Shown here: positions 1 to 10,803 of the stretch, piece after piece
How positions within the stretch are numbered: position 1 is the first letter of the stretch
Layout: every line of letters begins with the position of its first letter
Assembly: GCA_013153515.1 (NCBI GenBank)
Contig: JAADEI010000102.1
Coordinates: 2,721-66,720 of the forward strand
Length of the DNA: 64,000 nucleotides
Reading direction: 5' to 3'
Source of the DNA: Chlorobiota bacterium
GTDB taxonomy: Bacteria; Bacteroidota; Bacteroidia; JAADEI01
Translations under genes and position numbers: made by a program
The notes under the pieces: model-generated
Told to the model about the DNA's origin: nothing
Databases searched by the model: none
Seen by the model: the letters and a program-made list of their open reading frames with translations, nothing else

Positions 1-224
1 CACGAGAAGAAAGCGTTTGGTGTTTGTCTTAAGAATCCCCCCAATGCGGGTCTAGTGGCAGCAATATCTAAGTCTTTTATGCCAAATTTCCCCAAGTCCT
101 TCCCTCCACCTAAGTCAGTAAAAGCGTTAGCTACACCTAAGGTAAATCCTGCTTCCAACTGAGCAATAGCGGGAAAGGAGCCCAATAACAAGCCACACAA
201 AATAGAATTAATAGTTATCCTCAT
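1..224 (-). CDS. partial CDS (N-terminal part only; continues past the window start): signal-peptide protein, possible outer-membrane protein
   Basis: Minus-strand ATG at 222-224, open reading to position 1. Translation begins MRITINSILCGLLLGSFPAIAQLEAGFTLGVANAFTDLGGGKDLGKF, with a hydrophobic signal-like N-terminus. Not in the ORF track because there is no stop inside the window. Confidence 0.4.
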   Translation of the reverse strand, partial: MRITINSILCGLLLGSFPAIAQLEAGFTLGVANAFTDLGGGKDLGKFGIKDLDIAATRPALGGFLRQTPNAFFS

Positions 225-329
225 GCCTGCAGGCATTTTCTATATACAAATATACGCAAAACAAACAAAAATGTCAAGGATCTAAGATTTGGAAAATGGA
301 AACATTTAGTCATTGGATTTGTCATTATA

Positions 330-716
330 CTAATTGATAACGGCAATGGCAGCTATTTCAACCCTTGCTTCAAGGGGCAAGTCCCTTACTGCAACTGTTT
401 TTCTTGCAGGGGCACTTCCATCTTTAAAATACTCTCCATATACCTTATTGACAGCGGGGAAAAAGTCAATGTCTGTAATGAAAATTGTTGTATCTACAAT
501 GTTTTCCAGAGCTAAGCCTCGTGCTTCAAGTATGGCTTTGATGTTCTTCATTATTTGTCTTGTTTCTGCTTCAATAGAGTCTTTAACCAAGTTTCCGGAA
601 GAGGGGTCAATCGCTATTTGCCCAGAGATGAAAAGGAAGCCGTTTGCTTCCACCGCTTGTGAATAGGGACCCACTGGTGCCGGTGCCCTGTCTGTAACTA
701 TTATCTTTTTGCTCAT
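330..716 (-). CDS. ridA: RidA/YjgF family reactive-intermediate deaminase
   Basis: 128 aa. The N-terminus VTDRAPAPVGPYSQAV...GFLFISGQI is typical of RidA. Stop TAG at 330-332. Confidence 0.85.
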   Translation of the reverse strand: MSKKIIVTDRAPAPVGPYSQAVEANGFLFISGQIAIDPSSGNLVKDSIEAETRQIMKNIKAILEARGLALENIVDTTIFITDIDFFPAVNKVYGEYFKDGSAPARKTVAVRDLPLEARVEIAAIAVIN

Positions 717-719
717 GTC

Positions 720-2384
720 CTACTTATTTAAGCGTTCATCAAGGTCAATGTTAAATTTTTTAGCTGTTTCTTTTGCCAGTTCGTATCCTGCGTCGGCATG
801 CCTAACCACGCCTATTCCCGGGTCATTGAACAATACCCTACCAAGCCTTTCCTCCGCTTCCTCTGAACCATCAGCCACTACGACCATTCCAGCATGAAGG
901 GAATATCCCATTCCAACGCCACCGCCGTGGTGGAAGGAAACCCAAGCTGCTCCACTCACGGCATTAAGCAACGCATTCAAGATAGGCCAGTCTGCTATTG
1001 GGTCCGAGCCATCCTTCATGTTTTCTGTTTCGCGATATGGGGATGCTACGGAACCAGTGTCCAGATGATCCCGCCCAATAACTATGGGACCTTTGAGTTT
1101 CCCTGTTTTGACAAGGTGATTGAACGCTATTCCTGCTTTGTCCCGTTCCCCTAAACCAAGCCAGCATATTCGTGCGGGCAGACCTTGAAACTTAATTTTC
1201 TTTTGTGCCAGCCGTAGCCACCTATGAAGACCCTCATTTTCAGGAAATAGTTCCATCAAAACCTTGTCTGTTGTGTAGATGTCCTGTGGGTCTCCGGAGA
1301 GAGCAACCCATCTGAACGGTCCTTTACCCTCCGAAAATAGAGGTCTTATATATTCAGGGACAAATCCTGGGAAGTCAAAAGCATCTTTTACTCCTGCTTC
1401 ATATGCCTGTGCCCTTATGTTATTGCCATAGTCAAAGGTAACTGCCCCTTGCCTCATTAACGTTAACATTGCTTGAACATGCCTTGCAACGCTCTCCTTA
1501 GCTAACTTTATGTATTCTTTTGGATTGGTTCTTCTGAGCTCTTGGGCTTCTTCTAAGGATAGTCCTACGGGGTAGTATCCATTTAGTAGATCGTGGGCAC
1601 TGGTTTGGTCGGTGAGTGCGTCGGGAGTTATTCCTCTTGCAATGAGTCGTTCCAATAGGTCCACAGCATTTCCCAAGTAGGCTATGGAAACTGCTTCTGC
1701 CTTTTCCTTGGCTTCCAATGCTCGGTCAATAGCTTTATCTAAGTCAGTGAAATACTCGTCAAGATACCCTGTTTTGATTCGCTTCTCTATTCTCCAAGGT
1801 TCCATTTCAGCAGCCAGGCAAACTCCTTCGTTCATAGTGATAGCGAGGGGCTGAGCTCCCCCCATACCGCCCAACCCAGCAGTTACAACCAATTTACCTT
1901 TTAATGTGCCTCCATAGTGCTTGTTTGCTAAGGATAAGAAAGTTTCATAGGTTCCCTGAACTATTCCTTGTGAACCAATGTATATCCATGAACCTGCAGT
2001 CATCTGACCATACATAATCAAGCCCTTCTTCTCCAACTCATAGAACACATCCCAAGTTGCCCATTTGGGAACAAGATTAGAGTTAGCTATTAATACGCGA
2101 GGGGCGAAGGGGTGTGTTTTGAATATGCCTACTGGTTTGCCAGATTGAATAAGGAGTGTTTCATCATTCTCTAAATCGTGGAGGGCTTTCACTATTTTAT
2201 GGAAGGCGTCCCAGTTGCGAGCAGCCTTGCCTATCCCCCCATAGACAATTAGTTCTTCTGGCTTCTCGGCTACCTCCGGGTCAAGATTATTAAGCAACAT
2301 TCTGTATGCCGCTTCCTGAAGCCATCCCTTGCAAGTTATCTGCGTGCCCCTCGGTGCCCGTAGGTTTCTTACAACTGATGTCAT
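720..2384 (-). CDS. hutU: urocanate hydratase
   Basis: 554 aa, colinear with urocanase over the whole length (NAD-binding [10 protein letters not shown] region). Only 3 nt away from ridA. Confidence 0.9.
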   Translation of the reverse strand: MTSVVRNLRAPRGTQITCKGWLQEAAYRMLLNNLDPEVAEKPEELIVYGGIGKAARNWDAFHKIVKALHDLENDETLLIQSGKPVGIFKTHPFAPRVLIANSNLVPKWATWDVFYELEKKGLIMYGQMTAGSWIYIGSQGIVQGTYETFLSLANKHYGGTLKGKLVVTAGLGGMGGAQPLAITMNEGVCLAAEMEPWRIEKRIKTGYLDEYFTDLDKAIDRALEAKEKAEAVSIAYLGNAVDLLERLIARGITPDALTDQTSAHDLLNGYYPVGLSLEEAQELRRTNPKEYIKLAKESVARHVQAMLTLMRQGAVTFDYGNNIRAQAYEAGVKDAFDFPGFVPEYIRPLFSEGKGPFRWVALSGDPQDIYTTDKVLMELFPENEGLHRWLRLAQKKIKFQGLPARICWLGLGERDKAGIAFNHLVKTGKLKGPIVIGRDHLDTGSVASPYRETENMKDGSDPIADWPILNALLNAVSGAAWVSFHHGGGVGMGYSLHAGMVVVADGSEEAEERLGRVLFNDPGIGVVRHADAGYELAKETAKKFNIDLDERLNK

Positions 2385-3022
2385 GACACTTTCTCTTTCG
2401 GAACAAAAATTTTCCAGAGACCTCTTAGATCACCCATCCTGAAATCGTATGCTGAATCAGTTGGGTAATGTTGCTTTATAAATTCATGCAGTTCAGGTGA
2501 TAGTTCTCTGCCTACAACCCCATGGCAAGTTAGGCATAGCGGTTTTTCAATAACTATCGGTGCATAAAAAATGTATCCACTATCAACATTCACCACCACA
2601 GGAGCAGGTTTTTCCCCCGCTTTTAAACGTTCTATATATTCTTTGATTAATTTACTACGTTCATATGCATTAGCTGAATTAGCAGGATTTCTCCTTTTAT
2701 GGGAAACCCGTGATATTTTAACTCCGAGAGATTTGCTTATTGAATCAACTAAGGGATTAGCACGGGCATTACAATACTTTATAGCATGTTGGGGACCGCC
2801 ATCCCTGAGGGCTCTGACCACCTCAGCGGAGAGGGCTTTAAAAGTTGCCTTCGCCGCTTTCTTGCCTATCACTTTAACACTGTCCTCAATGTTATAAGAG
2901 GATGTTTTTTGAGAGGAGGTGGTTCCTTTGGATTCTTCCCGATTTGTTGTGTCTTGTCCTGACTCACAAGCAATAATTCCTATTATTCCCAGCACCGCAA
3001 GAGTAATAAATAATTTCTTCAT
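2381..3022 (-). CDS. DUF3365-like c-type heme family lipoprotein
   Basis: The ORF track gives 2381..3070. The likely start is the internal [19 protein letters not shown], a lipoprotein-type signal. CLTCHG heme-binding-like motif near the C-terminus. The stop overlaps the hutU start by 4 nt. Confidence 0.5.
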   Translation of the reverse strand: MKKLFITLAVLGIIGIIACESGQDTTNREESKGTTSSQKTSSYNIEDSVKVIGKKAAKATFKALSAEVVRALRDGGPQHAIKYCNARANPLVDSISKSLGVKISRVSHKRRNPANSANAYERSKLIKEYIERLKAGEKPAPVVVNVDSGYIFYAPIVIEKPLCLTCHGVVGRELSPELHEFIKQHYPTDSAYDFRMGDLRGLWKIFVPKEKVS

Positions 3023-3056
3023 GTCCAATTTATTTTGTAGGGTTAGCACTCTGGCA

Positions 3057-4040
3057 CTATTTAGTTTCAAGCAGTTGCATTATTTTGTCAACCTTTGGTA
3101 TTAGAATTATTTCTGTTCTCCTGTTTTTTGCCCTTCCTTCAGGGGTGTCATTAGGAGCAACCGGGTCAAATTCGCCTCTGCCGGCAGCTACAAGGATCTT
3201 TGGGTCAACGCCGTATTCCTCAGTGAGGATTCTTACGACGCTAGTGGCACGTAGCACGCTTAGATCCCAGTTGTCCCTTATGCATTTTGTTTTGATTGGC
3301 ACATTATCCGTATGTCCTTCAACCATAACTGTAAAGTCAGATTGATTTTTGATTACTTGGGCGATTTGCTCCAATGCTTTTTTACCTTCAGGTTCCACAG
3401 TATATGAACCTGACTTGAACAGGAGTTTTTCGCTCATGGTGACATAAATCTTGCCGTCTCTTATTTGCACGTGCAGTTGGTCGCCGAATCCAAGTAGAGA
3501 TTGTTGAATTCTTTCTTTTAAAGCCCTGAGGGCGGAGTCTTTCTGGGCTAAGAGGCGCTCCAACTCTTTGACCCGACGCTCCCTTGCGATCAATTCAGCT
3601 TCCATGTCCCTAAGCCGTTTCTCTAATTGTCTCAATTCCTCTTCTTTCCTGTTTAGCTCCTCTATTTTTTCTCGCAATGATTGAGATAAGGTTTCGCTTT
3701 GTGCAGAACAATTTTCGAGTAGTTCGCGATATTGACGCTTCAAGTCTTCGTATAAACGCTGGAGCTCCTTATTAAGGGTGTTTATCCTTCTATATCGCTC
3801 TCCTGCCATAGCGGTGTCCCTAATAAGCTCTGCCACTTGTTCATTTAATTCAAGGATTCGTTCATTTAGAGAGTCCACTTTTGTCTGTAATATAGACCTT
3901 TGTCTCTCACAATCATTGAGACGAGATTCACAGGATTCAGCCCTTTGTTGCATATCTTGAAACTTCCTGTATGGTACACATTGCCATAGTGCAACACCCG
4001 CAATTATTGTAATCAGCCCTATCTTAAGTATGTTCTTCAT
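3057..4040 (-). CDS. OmpA/MotB-family protein with long coiled-coil region
   Basis: 327 aa. N-terminal TM/signal segment and a heptad-rich central region. C-terminal OmpA-like domain (GHTDNVPI...NRRTEIILIP). Confidence 0.8.
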   Translation of the reverse strand: MKNILKIGLITIIAGVALWQCVPYRKFQDMQQRAESCESRLNDCERQRSILQTKVDSLNERILELNEQVAELIRDTAMAGERYRRINTLNKELQRLYEDLKRQYRELLENCSAQSETLSQSLREKIEELNRKEEELRQLEKRLRDMEAELIARERRVKELERLLAQKDSALRALKERIQQSLLGFGDQLHVQIRDGKIYVTMSEKLLFKSGSYTVEPEGKKALEQIAQVIKNQSDFTVMVEGHTDNVPIKTKCIRDNWDLSVLRATSVVRILTEEYGVDPKILVAAGRGEFDPVAPNDTPEGRAKNRRTEIILIPKVDKIMQLLETK

Positions 4041-5133
4041 TCGTTTCTTGTTTTAGTTGTTCAACATTTTCTGCTATTTGCAAAGCTTCAATTAGTGGAT
4101 CCAATTCCCCATCTAAAATTTCCTCTAATTTATATAAGGTCAAGTTAATGCGATGGTCGGTGACCCTGTTTTGTGGGAAGTTATATGTTCTAATTTTTAC
4201 GGACCTGTCCCCAGTTAATATTGAGCTTCGCCTTTTGGAGTCCAGTTCCTCTTGTCGCTTCCGTAATTCTATCTCATATAAGCGAGCCCTTAAAATATCC
4301 AATGCTCGTTTATAGTTTTGAAGTTGGGACCTTTCATCTTGGCACTCCACAACTATTCCGGTTGGTATATGTGTCAGGCGAACCGCCGTCTGATTCCTAT
4401 TGACATGTTGTCCTCCCGGACCACTGGCAGCAAATGTCTCACGCTTTAAATCCTTTTCATCAATCTTGACATCCACAGGATCCGGTTCGGGAAGCACTAC
4501 TACACTGGCAGCAGAAGTATGTATTCTCCCGCCTGATTCAGTAACAGGTATTCTTTGCACCCTGTGAACACCACTTTCGTATTTCAAGAGACCGTAGGCA
4601 CCAGGATAGTCTATCTTAAAAGTGATTTGTTTATATCCACCTACTGCACCGGGAGTTTGCCTTAGGATTTCAAACTTGTAGCCCTTTCTTTCTGCAAAAC
4701 GTTGATACATTCTAAAAAGGTCTCCTGCAAAGAGGGCTGCTTCGTCGCCCCCTGTCCCAGCTCTTATTTCAATTATAGCTGGTTTGCGGTCCTCGTTCTT
4801 AATAGGCATTAACTTCCTCAGAAGTTGATTTTTTAATTCTTCTATTTTGGGTTCGTTTTCAGCGAGGTCCTCCCGTGCAAAGGCTACAAACTCTTCATCA
4901 TCGCTCTCACGAATTATTTGTTTGGCTTCTCTAATGCTCTCTTTGGTTTTCAAATACTCGCTATAGGTCTGCATCAAGGCATCTAGATAAGCAAATTCTT
5001 TTTGTAGTTGAGCCATTTTCTCAGGGTCGCTATAAATAGATGAGTCTGAAAGCAGTTCTTTAAGCTCTTCCCACCTTCGTTTTAATCTTTCAAGCTTCTG
5101 TTCCATTAACCGAGTGATGGCTTCTTCTATCAT
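4024..5133 (-). CDS. prfA: peptide chain release factor 1
   Basis: 369 aa. GGQ motif (GPGGQHVNRNQTAVRLTHIPTG) and the RF1-type PVT tripeptide (QRIPVTESGGRIHTS). Confidence 0.9.
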   Translation of the reverse strand: MIEEAITRLMEQKLERLKRRWEELKELLSDSSIYSDPEKMAQLQKEFAYLDALMQTYSEYLKTKESIREAKQIIRESDDEEFVAFAREDLAENEPKIEELKNQLLRKLMPIKNEDRKPAIIEIRAGTGGDEAALFAGDLFRMYQRFAERKGYKFEILRQTPGAVGGYKQITFKIDYPGAYGLLKYESGVHRVQRIPVTESGGRIHTSAASVVVLPEPDPVDVKIDEKDLKRETFAASGPGGQHVNRNQTAVRLTHIPTGIVVECQDERSQLQNYKRALDILRARLYEIELRKRQEELDSKRRSSILTGDRSVKIRTYNFPQNRVTDHRINLTLYKLEEILDGELDPLIEALQIAENVEQLKQETNEEHT

Positions 5134-6119
5134 CGTTTCACATACAAAATTATTCCGTTTGGAGTTCCTACTACAAGCATATCTCCCGTGTAATGGGTTG
5201 CGGTGTGTGGCTTCCCTATTAGTGTCCAGAACTTTTTGCTTTGCAGAGTTTCTCTGTCAATGAGCCGAATGCCCGGTTTCCCAATTAGTGCAACGTGTTG
5301 ACCAGACACATCAGCCCGAGAACATTTAAACTCAAGCCTTCTATCCAACAAGCCTTCATCGTCAAAAACAAAAGTTGCTCTCAGGCTATCGCACATTATC
5401 ACATGCGTGCCGTCCCATGTGAGGCTAGTGGGTTCCGGCACAAACCCTAATTCCATCGGAACAAAAGAACTTTCCATAATCTTTTTGAGAAGATAGTTGT
5501 AAAGATATAGTCGCTTTTTACCGTTATCGTAAATCCACAGTGTTCTGCCAGGACCTCCGCACACAGCAGCCACGTCCTCCATCCCTATTGAATTCATAGG
5601 AAGCCTGTATAGTTCTGAAAGTGTATTGTCATAAAACACTATTGTTTGAGCGTCTTTATAGTATGCCATTAGGACGCCTGGCTTGACCCATTGTAGGGTC
5701 GCCGGCTTGCCAAGGTCTGGCGAAAACACGCTGTATAACAAAGTGTCCTGCCGGATAATTTTTACAGTGTCAAAAAGAGTGAGAATACGAGTAGTGTCTT
5801 TTATTATTGTGTGTGTTTGGATGTCTATAATTTCTTTTCCCGTGGCTGAATCAATCACATAGGTGGTGTCTGTGAGAAGAATCGTGTCCTTATAGTGGCT
5901 AACTAAGCTAATTGTATCAATTTGATATTTTGGTTTATGCATGGGAGTGCCCCACTTTTCTATGTGTCCTTTGGGGGTTATTATGTAGAGATATTTTTCG
6001 GGGTCGGTGGTAATCCATACTGCTCTGGCTCTGAGTGTTCCCGCGAGCTTCCATTGGGCTAACACATTAGTTGAAAACATGTAAATCATAATAAGTGTTA
6101 ATGAAATCAATCTTCCCAT
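5130..6119 (-). CDS. hypothetical secreted protein
   Basis: 329 aa with an N-terminal signal peptide and no motif I recognise. Overlaps prfA by 4 nt and the lpxH-like gene by 13 nt. Confidence 0.5.
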   Translation of the reverse strand: MGRLISLTLIMIYMFSTNVLAQWKLAGTLRARAVWITTDPEKYLYIITPKGHIEKWGTPMHKPKYQIDTISLVSHYKDTILLTDTTYVIDSATGKEIIDIQTHTIIKDTTRILTLFDTVKIIRQDTLLYSVFSPDLGKPATLQWVKPGVLMAYYKDAQTIVFYDNTLSELYRLPMNSIGMEDVAAVCGGPGRTLWIYDNGKKRLYLYNYLLKKIMESSFVPMELGFVPEPTSLTWDGTHVIMCDSLRATFVFDDEGLLDRRLEFKCSRADVSGQHVALIGKPGIRLIDRETLQSKKFWTLIGKPHTATHYTGDMLVVGTPNGIILYVKR

Positions 6120-6850
6120 CTTGCTAATTTTATAGTGTTGCCATCAAAAATAGCGAAGGAAAAGTGAGTGAGCCAATCGCCGGTGTTTACATAAACAGAA
6201 TTTCCAATCCGCTTGATTATTGGATAGTGTAGGTGAGCGAAAAGGTAGAAATCGTAGTGAGTTCTCTTTTCCATTTGCGTTATAAACTTTTCATATTTTT
6301 CCAATGCTTTGCGTGGTGGAACATCCGGATGGTTTTGCCTACTTGTGTGCGACCATTTCTTTGCTATCCATATTCCTAAATCAGGATGGACAAATTTAAA
6401 CATTTTTCTTGCAATGGAGGATTCAAATAGAGTGTTTATGAGCCGTTCCGAAAGGGTTAAGGGCGGTATTTTATGTCCGTGAGAGATGAAGAATTTTTTT
6501 GAATTTAGTTCGGGGGTCCAGGGGTCTGGAACCACTTCAATGCCCACTTCCTCAGACAGATAGCCAAAGGTCCATTGATCATGATTCCCGGGCAAAAAAT
6601 AAGTTTTGTATCCTGAATCGGTCAGGTCAGCAAGGGTTCCCAATAGCCTAACGAATCCAGCGGGAACAGAATGTTTCCATTCAAACCAAAAATCAAATAT
6701 ATCCCCCAGTAAGATTATATTAGTTTCCTTTGGCGGATAGCGGTCTTGAATATACCTTAGCAGTTTGATGAGTTTTAATTCCCGTTGCTTAGAAGGGGTG
6801 TATGCATCTGTTCCCAGATGGGCATCTGATATGAAAAATGCGTATCTCAT
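6107..6850 (-). CDS. lpxH: LpxH-like UDP-2,3-diacylglucosamine hydrolase / calcineurin-type metallophosphoesterase
   Basis: 247 aa. N-terminus MRYAFFISDAHLG...LLGDIFDFWFEW with metallophosphoesterase motifs. Confidence 0.65.
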   Translation of the reverse strand: MRYAFFISDAHLGTDAYTPSKQRELKLIKLLRYIQDRYPPKETNIILLGDIFDFWFEWKHSVPAGFVRLLGTLADLTDSGYKTYFLPGNHDQWTFGYLSEEVGIEVVPDPWTPELNSKKFFISHGHKIPPLTLSERLINTLFESSIARKMFKFVHPDLGIWIAKKWSHTSRQNHPDVPPRKALEKYEKFITQMEKRTHYDFYLFAHLHYPIIKRIGNSVYVNTGDWLTHFSFAIFDGNTIKLARWED

Positions 6851-7470
6851 TTCTTGCTAACATAAGGATTGTTCTTGATATAGAATCTGCGGGGCAATAG
6901 GGCATCCTCGCCAGCGTAATCAACACCAACCCTCGTTGTCCTCACAACTTCTTCTGGTTTAACAATCTTGCCAACATCCTCTACCCCTATTATGTTTGAG
7001 TCGGGCAGAAATAAACCATCGTGTTTGGTTGTTATGCCGAGGGCTCGTGTTAATACTCCTGGACCGGCGGTTAACCTCGGAGAGACCTCATCCAACTTCC
7101 GGCGTTTTAACATAACGTCAATCCCTTCAATGGGTTCAATGGCTCTTATAAGCACTGCATCAGGATAGCCTTCCCGCGATGTTACTACATTGAACATTGA
7201 ATACATGCCATATATGAGATAAACATAGGCGTGCCCCCCTGCTTTATACATCGTTTCTGTACGACGAGTTCTCCTGTTTCCGAATGCGTGACTTGCCCGG
7301 TCATTGACCCCACAATAGGCTTCTGTCTCTACGATAATACCAGAAGTTACTTTGCCCTCCGTGCGAGTTACAAGTAATTTACCTAGTAGCTGAACAGCTA
7401 CCGTCTCCGCACCTTGAAGGTAAAATGACTGATTTAATCGCTTACCGCGGGTCCTCACCAAATAGGTCAC
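6847..7470 (-). CDS. mpg: DNA-3-methyladenine glycosylase (MPG/AAG family)
   Basis: 207 aa with conserved AGPGVLTRALGIT and YCGVNDRASHAF segments. Confidence 0.8.
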   Translation of the reverse strand: MTYLVRTRGKRLNQSFYLQGAETVAVQLLGKLLVTRTEGKVTSGIIVETEAYCGVNDRASHAFGNRRTRRTETMYKAGGHAYVYLIYGMYSMFNVVTSREGYPDAVLIRAIEPIEGIDVMLKRRKLDEVSPRLTAGPGVLTRALGITTKHDGLFLPDSNIIGVEDVGKIVKPEEVVRTTRVGVDYAGEDALLPRRFYIKNNPYVSKK

Positions 7471-7996
7471 GATATGCTTTCTTATATGTTTTTAGTTTGA
7501 ACTGTCCGAATTTCATTTCTTTATAATAGTTGCCACCATAGTAAATTAGGATTGGTAATAGGTCATCAGCACTTTTGTAGCCTCTAATAATCCTTAGTCT
7601 GTTGAATTTCTCATCTAAGATGACCATGGAAGGATAAACCATCCTTCCGTCTAAGAGCCTTAGAGCGATTAGGTTGGCTCTGTATTCTTTGATGTATGTG
7701 TGAGGTTTGTTTTGGAAGTAGATGGTATCTCTGGTTTCGGCGTCCAACTTAACGGCGTGATAGTATTTGTTCATAACCTTAATGACTCTGGGGTCCCTGA
7801 AAGTCTTTCTATCAAGGACTTTACACCATCCGCACCAGTCCGTATAGACGTCAATGAAGATCTTCTTTGGTTTTTTCTTGTTTAGATGCACTGCAGTCTC
7901 AAAATCTACCCATTTAATCATTTGGCTAGTTAGTGCTATACCACCGAGTACAACGAAAATCGTTACAGCTGTTTGCAATAGTTTCCTTCTCATCAT
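7442..7996 (-). CDS. thioredoxin-fold protein (CGWC motif), secreted
   Basis: The ORF track extends to 8170. The probable start is the internal MMRRKLLQTAVTIFVVLGG signal peptide. WCGWCK active-site motif. Confidence 0.6.
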   Translation of the reverse strand: MMRRKLLQTAVTIFVVLGGIALTSQMIKWVDFETAVHLNKKKPKKIFIDVYTDWCGWCKVLDRKTFRDPRVIKVMNKYYHAVKLDAETRDTIYFQNKPHTYIKEYRANLIALRLLDGRMVYPSMVILDEKFNRLRIIRGYKSADDLLPILIYYGGNYYKEMKFGQFKLKTYKKAYRDLFGEDPR

Positions 7997-8123
7997 GTAA
8001 TAATTTTTTCTTGTGGTCAAAGATAAAGCAAATTGTATGCCATGAAAATAAAAAAGGGTGAGAACCCCCCATTCGGAAGGTCTCACCCCTATTAAACGTT
8101 TAATGAGTCTATTCTGATATGTG

Positions 8124-10052
8124 TTATTGCTCCTCTTTCTTATCCTCGTCCACCTCTTCGTATTCAACATCTTTCACACCGCCTTCTGTGGCTGCCTGCT
8201 CGGTGTTTGCCGCTTGTTGTGCCTCGGCGGTGTGTCCGGCTTGATAGAGGTGTTGGCTAGCTTGGTTCCACATGTTGAGTAGTTCATTAGTTAATTGCTC
8301 TGCCCTTTCAGCCTCTTTCTTTTCAAAAGCTTCCCTGATTTGTTTGACCAAGTCTTCCATTTTTTGCTTCAAATCGGCAGGGATCTTATCGCCCAGTTCT
8401 TTGAGCTGCTTCTCTGTTTGCCATGCCACTTGGTCAGCTTTGTTTAATTTCTCTATCTGTTCTCTGAGTTTCTTGTCTTGCTCGGCGTATTTTTGGGCTT
8501 CCTCCTTCATTCGTTTGATTTCTTCTTCTGTTAGTCCTGTGGAACCTTCAATGCGGATTGATTTTTCTTTTCCAGTTGCTTTATCTCTGGCGGTTACCTT
8601 TAGGATTCCGTCTGCGTCAATCTCAAAAGTCACTTCAATTTGAGGCACGCCCCGAGGAGCAGGCGGAATGCCTTCTAAGTAGAATCTGCCAAGGCTCCTG
8701 TTGTCCTTAGCCAATGGTCTTTCGCCTTGGAGGACATGCACTTCAACGGTTGTTTGGTGGTCCGTAGCGGTAGTGAACACTTCTGTTTTCTTAGTTGGAA
8801 TGGTTGTTCCCGCAGGGATAAGCACGGTCATCAAGCCCCCATACGTTTCAACGCCGAGAGACAGAGGTGTAACGTCAAGCAGGAGGATATCTTTGACGTC
8901 TCCCGAAAGGACTCCAGCTTGGATAGCTGCCCCCAATGCTACAACCTCATCTGGATTGATTCCTTTGTGAGGTTTCTTGCCGAAGAACTCTTCAACGGTT
9001 TTTTGGACAAGAGGAATTCTTGTGGAGCCTCCCACTAATATGACATCATCAATGTCGCTAACGGAGAGCTTAGCCTTGTCTAAGGCAATCTTCATGTGTT
9101 CAACGGTCTTCTGAATATAGGGTTCTATCATTCTTTCAAACTGAGACCTCGTTAGTTTTTTAACCAAATGCAGAGGTCTGCCCTCCTTAGCGGTTATGTA
9201 AGGCAGATTTATTTCTGTTTCATATTGGCTTGAAAGTTCAATTTTGGCTTTCTCAGCAGCTTCTTTCAATCTTTGAAGAGCCATTGGGTCCTTTCGCAAG
9301 TCAATGCCGTGTTCCTTTTGAAATTCATCAGCTAACCAATCAATTATTTCCCTGTCAAAATCATCGCCCCCTAAGTGTGTGTCGCCATGCGTTGCTAAGA
9401 CTTCATATACCCCTTCGCCAATGTCAAGAATTGAAATGTCAAATGTTCCGCCACCCAGGTCATAGACAGCAACCTTCTTTTCTTGATTGCCTTTGTCCAG
9501 CCCATAGGCAAGGGCTGCCGCAGTGGGCTCATTGAGAATTCTTCTTACATTAAAGCCTGCGATTTCCCCGGCTTCGCGAGTGGCTTTCCGTTGTGAGTCG
9601 TCAAAATAAGCGGGCACTGTGATTACTGCATCCGTAACGGGTTGACCCAAATAGTCCTCAGCGATTCTTTTAAGCTTTTGTAGGATGAAAGCGGAGATTT
9701 GCTGAGGAGTATATGTCTTATCATCTATTTTGATAAGCACTGTGTCGTTGGGACCTTGAACCACTTTATAAGGCACCCTTTTGATTTCGTCTTGAACTTC
9801 ACTGTAGCGTCTGCCCATGAATCTCTTGATGGAGAAAATAGTTCTTTCTGGGTTGAGGACTGCTTGTCTCTTAGCCGGATCCCCCACGATTATCTGTCCA
9901 TCTTCCTTGAATGCGACGACAGAAGGAGTAACATTCCTGCCTTCTTCGTTAGGGATGACGACAGGTTCCTTACCCTGCATTGCCGCCACTACTGAGTTGG
10001 TTGTTCCAAGGTCAATACCCACAATCCGTCCTTGTGTTTTGGTTTCTGCCAT
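8124..10052 (-). CDS. dnaK: molecular chaperone DnaK (Hsp70)
   Basis: Full-length Hsp70 ([18 protein letters not shown] and others). The track start at 10082 is probably a non-ATG upstream codon; the likely start is [20 protein letters not shown]. Confidence 0.95.
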   Translation of the reverse strand: MAETKTQGRIVGIDLGTTNSVVAAMQGKEPVVIPNEEGRNVTPSVVAFKEDGQIIVGDPAKRQAVLNPERTIFSIKRFMGRRYSEVQDEIKRVPYKVVQGPNDTVLIKIDDKTYTPQQISAFILQKLKRIAEDYLGQPVTDAVITVPAYFDDSQRKATREAGEIAGFNVRRILNEPTAAALAYGLDKGNQEKKVAVYDLGGGTFDISILDIGEGVYEVLATHGDTHLGGDDFDREIIDWLADEFQKEHGIDLRKDPMALQRLKEAAEKAKIELSSQYETEINLPYITAKEGRPLHLVKKLTRSQFERMIEPYIQKTVEHMKIALDKAKLSVSDIDDVILVGGSTRIPLVQKTVEEFFGKKPHKGINPDEVVALGAAIQAGVLSGDVKDILLLDVTPLSLGVETYGGLMTVLIPAGTTIPTKKTEVFTTATDHQTTVEVHVLQGERPLAKDNRSLGRFYLEGIPPAPRGVPQIEVTFEIDADGILKVTARDKATGKEKSIRIEGSTGLTEEEIKRMKEEAQKYAEQDKKLREQIEKLNKADQVAWQTEKQLKELGDKIPADLKQKMEDLVKQIREAFEKKEAERAEQLTNELLNMWNQASQHLYQAGHTAEAQQAANTEQAATEGGVKDVEYEEVDEDKKEEQ

Positions 10053-10129
10053 AGCTCTCTTTTTTGCCTTTCTATGAGGCAATAGATATGCCAGTGGGTT
10101 GATTATGTCAAAATGGCACGTTCAGGGTG

Positions 10130-10798
10130 TCAGTAAAGCAAAATCCTATCTGCTATTTTCCGTAATTCTGTCGCTGTCGTCCTGTTTCTTAACTGATGTT
10201 GGTAATAATTGGCGAGCGAGGAGATAAGGTCTGATGTTTTGTTGATTGATTGCCATTCTTCCTTCTTTGAAAACAAATCAATGATTTTGGTGAATTTGTG
10301 TTTAGCAAGGAAAGCAAGACCTGTCTTTAATTCTTTGGAGAACATATCTATGTTTAGGAGTCCACTTAGTCTGAGCAGATGAACTATTAGCCAAGGAATT
10401 GCTAACCATACAACCGTTCTCTTTTGGTCAAGGAGAACCAATGGATGAATGATTAGGTTGTCAAACTCATTAGTTGGTTGGGCTTCTTTCCCCACAATTT
10501 GAATGGTTCGTGCCAGTTCGCTTAAAAATATCGTTCCTGTGATGTCTCTGGAGAGATGTTTGAGTCTGATGAAGTGGTCTGCTTCTTTGATAGTATGCAT
10601 AGAACTCTTTGTTGAAGAGTAATAATTTATCAACAGTATAGTGCTTGGATTAAGCAGATGTGGTTGCTTCTTCTTTATTCCGTATGCCATAAAGTCCATC
10701 ATTCCGTGAGGAGTGAATGTTTTTAATATAGCGTTATTGTCTAAGTAAGGGACTATCTTTAGCAATATGGCTTTTGTCTTGTTAAGTGGCATAAGCAC
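10130..10798 (-). CDS. recO: DNA repair protein RecO (tentative)
   Basis: 222 aa. The N-terminus KTKAILLKIVPYLDNNAILKTFT fits the RecO OB-fold pattern, and the size fits RecO. Assigned by pattern memory only. Confidence 0.45.
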   Translation of the reverse strand: MLMPLNKTKAILLKIVPYLDNNAILKTFTPHGMMDFMAYGIKKKQPHLLNPSTILLINYYSSTKSSMHTIKEADHFIRLKHLSRDITGTIFLSELARTIQIVGKEAQPTNEFDNLIIHPLVLLDQKRTVVWLAIPWLIVHLLRLSGLLNIDMFSKELKTGLAFLAKHKFTKIIDLFSKKEEWQSINKTSDLISSLANYYQHQLRNRTTATELRKIADRILLY

Positions 10799-10803
10799 AC
10801 TGA

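Noticed and set aside
8272-10077. Multiple 60-120 aa plus-strand ORFs inside dnaK, with similar antisense ORFs inside infB (16088-17053), czcA (39778-42770), hutU, the RNR gene (62328-62651) and others
   Set aside because: These are shadow ORFs lying entirely antisense to, or out of frame with, confidently identified long conserved genes. They have low-complexity compositions and no independent support.
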